Source of the DNA: Eledone cirrhosa
Lineage: Eukaryota
DNA length: 64,000 bases
Assembly (NCBI GenBank): GCA_964016885.1
Contig: OZ024741.1
Location: 107,632,001-107,696,000 of the forward strand
Reading direction: 5' to 3'
The notes beneath the pieces were generated by a model. That model was not told the DNA's origin and ran no database searches. It was given only the letters and a program-made list of their open reading frames with translations. This document shows positions 57,587-64,000 of this stretch, in pieces. Within the stretch, counting starts at the first letter, position 1. Each line of letters starts with the position of its first letter. The translations under genes were made by a program, and so were the position numbers.

Positions 57587-57759
57587 TATTGGTTAGTGCT
57601 TAGTACTAAACTCCACATGTATAATTATAATTATATATAAATCATATATAAGTATAAATATATTTATTATTACTGTATATATATATATATATATATATAA
57701 TGGAAAAATTGAACAGGGACAAAACAGAGAGGCAGTACAAAAAAAGTTTATTAATTTCA

Positions 57760-57803
<44 letters not shown>

Positions 57804-57806
<3 letters not shown>

Positions 57807-57943
57807 ATAATAATTAATTTGAAGACTAAAATCCAAAGAGGGCTCGATAAGGATAAATATATATCAAATATATAAGAACCGTAGAGCAAATATTTATTCA
57901 AATAACAGACTAAAGTTTAAGCAAAGAATCGCTGCTTTCACCC
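57804..57943 (-). mobile_element. Solo 3' tail and pLTR end of the Naiad-like element
   Basis: Matches 25206-25344; a short inverted end also at 58140-58190. Confidence 0.85.
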
Positions 57944-57969
57944 CATATATATATATATGTATATATTTA

Positions 57970-58037
<68 letters not shown>

Positions 58038-58187
58038 TATGTGTGTGTGTGTGTGTGTTTATGTATGTAAATGTATATATGTATAATCTGTCTGTGTGTA
58101 AGTGTGTGATTGTGGGTGTGTAATCAAACTGAAAATGCAAAGGGTGAAAGCACCAATTGTTTGCTTAAACTTTAATCTGTTATTTTA

Positions 58188-58224
<37 letters not shown>

Positions 58225-58513
58225 CGTATGTATGTGCGTGTGAGTGTGTATACTTGGGCATGAATATCAGCGTGTGTTTAAGTTTGTGTTTATATCCTAT
58301 ATTATAGCGGGTCGACAAAAGTGATCGAGAAAATATGCACCAGACTTGAAAAGCAAATACTGTGGTCGAAATGATTAATGAAACCAAGGTAGTGCTCAAA
58401 TATGTCCGCAGTTTGCTTACTGAATCAAGCAAAAGAATAAAAGAATATATATATATATAAAATTAAATAATTAAGTCAAATATTTAAAATTCAGCTTCGT
58501 TTATTAAAGGTGT

Positions 58514-58570
58514 ACTGCTATATATATATTTCCGTGACAGCCATCCTTCGCTGTGACCTCATCAGGCAGT
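58514..58570 (-). ncRNA. Type I hammerhead (slightly decayed)
   Basis: actgc-CTGATGA-ggtcacagc[gaaggatg]gctgtcacg-GAAA-tatatata-TA-gcagt. Confidence 0.7.
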
Positions 58571-58657
58571 CCGGAGTAACCAAACCAACCTGCGCACTTT
58601 ATCGAGTGCTCCATTCTGGATACTGAGGTGTCGGTAAACAACCAACATATACTCAAA

Positions 58658-58691
<34 letters not shown>

Positions 58692-58760
58692 AAAAAGAGA
58701 TGAAATCGAAAATGCAACTGGAGTCTTATTTTTTAAAAAAATATATATATTTATTTGGTT

Positions 58761-58798
58761 CCTTTACCGGTTTCGCAGTTCTTCTGCTTTTCAAAAGG
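58761..58798 (-). ncRNA. Minimal hammerhead with U3-A8 core
   Basis: cctt-TTGAAAA-gcag[aagaa]ctgc-GAAA-ccgg-TA-aagg. Confidence 0.8.
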
Positions 58799-59272
58799 TG
58801 AGTTGAGATGGAGGGTCTGTGGTTTTTCTCACATCTGGTTGGTCTCTGAATGTTACATGTTTTATATGGAAAAAGTGGCTCGAAATACCATGTTTTTCGA
58901 GAAGTAATTTGATTGGTTTGTCAATAATTATAATAAATTTCGCGCCAGTTCGCGTTACAATAGTTCTTCAAATAAGAGGGGGGGTTGTCACAAGTTGTTT
59001 TTTCATATATGAGTGTTTGAATTTCTTTTTACTTGAAGTAAAAAGAAATTCAAACACTCATATATGAAAAAAACAACCTGTGACAACCCCCCCTCTTATT
59101 TGAAGAACTATTGTAACGCGAACTGGCGCGAAATTTATTATAATTATTGACAAACCAATCAAATTACTTCTCGAAAAACCTGGCATTTCGAGCCACTTTT
59201 TCCATATAAAACAAGTAACATTCAGAGACCAACCAGATGTGAGAAAAACCACAGACCCTCCATCTCAACTCA

Positions 59273-59310
59273 CCTTTTGAAAAGCAGAAGAACTGCGAAA
59301 CCGGTAAAGG
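59273..59310 (+). ncRNA. Minimal hammerhead with U3-A8 core
   Basis: Identical inverted copy of 58761. Confidence 0.8.
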
Positions 59311-59441
59311 AACCAAATAAATATATATATTTAAAAAAAAAATAAGACTCCAGTTGCATTTTCGATTTCATCTCTTTTTCTTTATACTTTCACTCGTGTA
59401 GGACACCTCGGTTATTTTTCATTTTGTAAAAAAAACCTCAC

Positions 59442-59480
<39 letters not shown>

Positions 59481-59483
59481 TAA

Positions 59484-59524
<41 letters not shown>

Positions 59525-59536
<12 letters not shown>

Positions 59537-60468
59537 TGTGGTTGTCTGTCTGTCTATCGATTTTTGGCACACATCTCCTCTTAGAATCTCTGACGGAATT
59601 GCACCGAAATTGCTATACTTGTACATTGAGCCCTAGCGAAGACATCGGAAAAAAAAATTTCAAATTGACCCACCCTATGTGACGAAATCGAATATAATGT
59701 ATCGATTTTTGAGCGTAAGTTATCAGTTATTTCCCTTTGTTCTGTTTACATTGAGCGTCTTACGTAAAAAATTACGCTGGCTTTCTCAGCGTTTAAAATG
59801 ACATTAACACAATACACGAACAGTTGTCGAGCCAGCAAAATATTGACCTGCAAAATTCATCAGTTCGAACACTAAGCTTCCGTTTTGCTTCATTTCCATT
59901 TAAAAGCATTTTAAAACAATATTTTTACTTGAAAACAAGTCTATTTAAAGACTACATAAAACAAGCAAATATTTCGTCGTTAGGCGTGCAGACAAACAGT
60001 CGTGCAGACAGACAGTAGTGCAGAGAGGTGATATACGCGTGCAGACAGATAGTCGTGCAGAGAGGTGATATAGGCGTGCAGACAGACAGTCGTGCAGAGA
60101 GGTGATATAGGCGTGCAGACAGACAGTCGTGCAGAGAGGTGATATAGGCGTGCAGACAGACATAACTGATAATTTGGTTACGCTAATGTTTTTCTCTGCA
60201 TTGCAGTGTTTACATTTTCGATCTTTGTTAATAAATAACCAGTGCAGTTTCTATCCCCAGCATCCTCTTTTGTTATAACATTCGGGTTATCGTTATGTTT
60301 TCTTAACTTCATAAGGCATATTGTTGGTTGAGGGAATATTAATCAAAAACACCACATGCAAGTCTGCACAGTAGACACTACAGTTTTTAAGCCAAGAAAG
60401 AAACTTAACATTGTAACTTTAACACAGCTACTGAGCGACCCCGAGCAACGCCGGGCTTTACTGCTAGT
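59525..60468 (+). mobile_element. Non-autonomous Helitron-like element with internal 37-bp minisatellite
   Basis: 5' tatataaaactgtggttgtctgtctgtc; 3' cccgagcaacgccggg..CTAGT; 37-bp repeat at ~59985-60160. Confidence 0.75.
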
Positions 60469-60609
60469 ATATATATATATGAATGTATATATAGTATATT
60501 TATGCTATTGTTTTAAAGTAGTGACTATGTCATTACTTTAAAACAAGAGCATAAGGTCTTCAAAATGCTTTTAATTAAGCATACAGTGTATTGCCAAATA
60601 TACTAAATA

Positions 60610-61320
60610 TACGAGCTGTCTCACCTATGTACTCTATATTCTCATAGAATATTCTAAGGATATAGTGTACATAGGTGAGACAGCTCGTAGTATAAGAGAA
60701 CGATTACATGAACACTGGCGAGAACTTCAATATAAAGAAGAATCATCAATACTCCACGAACATGCTAAAATAGAACATAAGGGCAAATTAAAGAACATAG
60801 AAATAAAAATAGAACCTACACACAGAAAAGGTGCAATGTTTAGATAAATCACAGAGGCAATAAACATAAATGAACTCCAACCAAAATTAAATAGAAAATA
60901 TGAATGGAATAGCAACATCACAACTTACAATTGGGGACAAAATGAAAACACACAGACATAGAACAAACAACCAACCAGTAACATGTAAATAAACAAATAA
61001 ATAAACAAATATAAACACGCAGACACCCGGATGTAGCACATGCGCAAACTAAGCACGCAACACACACAAAAACAAGATGGCGTAGGACAGAACAAAGGAG
61101 AGGCACAAACACAAAGAAAAGAATCCCCAGTCACTGAAGAGGTCACAGAATGTGTGACGAAAGAACTTTGACAATATATGAACAACCGTCCGGTTATAGA
61201 ACCCACCAACTAACCGGAAATTTATAAATTCTTAAATTTATAAATTTAATTTATAATAAATTGGAGTAAAAGCAACTGGTGCGTTTTTTTCTTATTGGCA
61301 ACATGACCCTCCCAAAGCAT

Positions 61321-61325
<5 letters not shown>
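60610..61325 (+). mobile_element. 5'-truncated PLE: GIY-YIG remnant, HHR at 61130-61172, tail to (TA)n
   Basis: VYIGETARSIRERLHEH..H..H..MFR*ITEAININELQPKLNRKYEW; gtca-CTGAAGA-g-gtcaca[..]tgtgac-GAAA-gaac-TT-tgac. Confidence 0.85.
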
Positions 61326-61364
<39 letters not shown>

Positions 61365-61404
61365 AAAACGAAGAATCAGTGATTTATCGGAACACAAATT
61401 TACT

Positions 61405-61497
61405 ACGTATTAAAAATGTTTCTCCGGCGAACAGGTCGGGGTACGATCTGTTTGTAGATCGAACCTGACTCTGGATTCGCAAGTTCCTCAGATACGT
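61405..61497 (-). ncRNA. Hammerhead with long stem II (family B)
   Basis: acgtat-CTGAGGA-acttgcgaa..cgatct[acaaac]agatcg..ttcgccgga-GAAA-catttt-TA-atacgt. Confidence 0.7.
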
Positions 61498-61529
61498 CTA
61501 GTGATTTCGAAGCAAATCCTCTTTCTATA

Positions 61530-61615
<86 letters not shown>

Positions 61616-61616
61616 T

Positions 61617-61780
61617 CAGTGGCGGACTGGGTCTAAAAATATTGGTTGCCAGGAGATGAAGGGGGCCCTCCTACATATAGAATTGTATCATTTCATTTTT
61701 ATAATGAATAAATAACATTTTCAAAATATATATAAATGGAAACAAAACAGTGTAATCAAATTTTTGCGGAAATATTATTA
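61617..61780 (+). mobile_element. hAT-like DNA transposon end; second copy at 62512-62635
   Basis: Begins CAGTGGCGGACTG; shared ggaaacaaaacagtg.aatcaaatttttgcgg. Confidence 0.45.
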
Positions 61781-62479
61781 AATATTACTAAAATATTACT
61801 AAATATTACTAATAGCTCTAGGAAAGCCATGAACGGCACCATATCTTTCTAACTTTGATTTTGAAAGTAGGTTTATAATTATCAATTTTCTTTATACCTT
61901 TGTAGCTGTTCGGTGGCCTATTTGGGGAAATCATACACGGTGGTAACCCTGGTCGAAGTTCGATCCTGGTCGGGAGTAGGTTTCCCAATAAAGTTTTTTA
62001 CATTTTTTTTCCTATGGGCTGTAAAATAAATACTGAAAAAGGTTACATGCACCTCTTGACCAGGAATGAATCCAACGTCAGGCTCTCCAACGTCTCTAGT
62101 ACCTATCGCTAGGCCACAGACTCAACTACGAAAATCTTATGAAAATTCATACTTATAAAACTACTTTCAAAATTTTCAAAACAAAATCATGTTGTGTCGT
62201 TTATGTCTTTCTTAATGTAATTGCTCTTACTTCAGGTCGACTTCTAAATCATTTGGGTGTTCCATAAACTACATCCTCATCTATCTAGACTACATTTTAA
62301 CCTGTAATCCATGCTTCATTTCTGTTCCACCTCATTTCTCCCCCACCTATCTCTCTGTCTTTCTCTCCGTGATATTTGAATCAACTATGATTTGGGCTTA
62401 CCTTATATATGTTTACCTTATATATGTTTACTATATATATGTTTTTGCATGTCAGTTAAATTCAAACTTACAATGATTG

Positions 62480-62515
<36 letters not shown>

Positions 62516-62729
62516 GTCGGACTAGAACTAAAAATAGTGGTTGCCATCATTTAATTTTTATAATGAATTAATAACATTTAAAAAAAATACATAAGTGGAA
62601 ACAAAACAGTGCAATCAAATTTTTGCGGAAAAATATCTTACCTTCTCCAATAAAAAATATGTATTTTGCGAAATCCGGAGACTTTCAACAATGACCTTTT
62701 GTCTTTCACACTCACTCAATATATATATA

Positions 62730-62764
<35 letters not shown>

Positions 62765-62769
<5 letters not shown>

Positions 62770-63742
62770 AAGAAACCATGGTAGAGATATAATTACGATA
62801 TGTGCGCATTTCTTCTAAGTTTAATTTTACTACTAATTGTGTGTGGTTGATGGTATATTTGGTCAGTTTCTACATGCTGTCGAAATGTTGGATAAATAAT
62901 GAAACGGGGCCGCCGCGAAGAGGCTACGGTCGATTATTTGTCGGAGATTTCCCCATAAGAGAATTTATTCTTATAGCTTGCTAGGATTGATTTTGTATAT
63001 GGTTAATTATGCTAATTAGAAGAAGAAATAGTATATATTTTAATATCTGATGATTCTAAAGACATGATTTATGATATAATGCTCTGATTTTTTTATTTTA
63101 ATTTATTAATTCTTCATAGAGCTTAAAAGTGAACAGTTGCAACATATATATATCTTTAACTTTATGTATATGATAACCTTTATATTTAATAATCTCCCAA
63201 TAGGTTGAGATTAAATTTGGCGATATATGGCTGCGCTTTCTAGCAGCAAGCCTACCCGCCGTAAGCAACCAATCACACTCTTTCTCTCTGGCTGGAACAC
63301 AGCTACATAGCATTTTTTAGCCATTTTTGAATCTAAATTTGGCGGGATCGGATTGAAAAACTAGATGTCTGATTTTGAGTTTGTCTCCTGATGAAACCTA
63401 ACTCTGGACATTCCTATTATTTGGATGTCCTAAATAAGGAAGAAACCATGGTAGAGATATAATTACGGTATGTGCGCATTTCTTCTAAGTTTAATTTTAC
63501 TACTAATTGTGTGTGGTTGATGGTATATTTGGTCAGTTTCTACATGCTGTCGAAATGTTGGATAAATAATGAAACGGGGCCGCCGCGAAGAGGCTACGAT
63601 CGATTATTTGTCGGAGATTTCCCCATAAGAGAAGTTATTCTTATAGCTTGCTAGGATTGATTTTGTATATGGTTAATTATGCTAATTAGAAGAAATAGTA
63701 TATATTTTAATATCTGATGATTCTAAAGACATGATTTATGAT
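62765..63742 (+). mobile_element. Retrozyme-like partial tandem (670-bp period) with HHR
   Basis: 62765-63077 repeated at 63435-63742; (TA)n both sides. Confidence 0.85.
63383..63458 (+). ncRNA. Type I hammerhead ribozyme
   Basis: gtctc-CTGATGA-aacct..ggacattc[..]ggatgtcc..aggaa-GAAA-ccatgg-TA-gagat; palindromic stem III. Confidence 0.75.
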
Positions 63743-64000
63743 ATATATATATATATATATAGTTAAAAGAATAGAGGTGTAACACACAAGTTATTATATA
63801 TTGGTAAACGGAATAGAAAATGCTGACAAATTGTTCACAGTTGAAAAATGGTTTAATTAGGAATAAAAGAGTATTAGTGATTGTATGGGTTAGTATTCAG
63901 TTGTGGTTTTAAGTTTTTAAGTTTTTACCGGTTGCGCATTTCTAAATGCTTTTCAAAAATAATTTTGAGATAGAGTGTCCGTGCTGTTTGCTCAGCATTT

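Larger units (their letters stand above)
58685..59447. mobile_element. ~700-bp near-perfect palindrome (PLE-like 3' end folded back) plus ~60-nt tail
   Basis: Centre at G59035; arms 58685-59034 and 59036-59386; (TA)n both sides. Confidence 0.9.

Overview
Eukaryotic, AT-rich, microsatellite-dense DNA with no recognisable host gene. The tRNA-derived SINEs resemble those of octopus/cephalopods (inference). Bases 1-5700 are a 25-bp CCTAACC-containing satellite with a ~2.4-kb higher-order repeat. The rest is a mosaic of SINEs, decayed LINEs (Tx1/L1-like, R4/Dong-like, RTE-like), two Helitron-like elements and many Penelope-like element (PLE) derivatives sitting in (TA)n tracts. These include a 5'-truncated PLE with an open RT-to-GIY-YIG frame (Naiad-like) and an inverted pseudo-LTR. 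The main hidden signal is about two dozen type I hammerhead ribozyme (HHR) folds, read by eye on both strands, from roughly ten families. They include 527-, 629- and 670-bp tandem retrozyme-like arrays, compensatory U3-A8 cores and a family-wide CAGAAGA core. A ~190-bp hairpin-plus-tail element with co-varying arms also sits in (TA)n. Nearly all ORFs in the supplied track are microsatellite artefacts.
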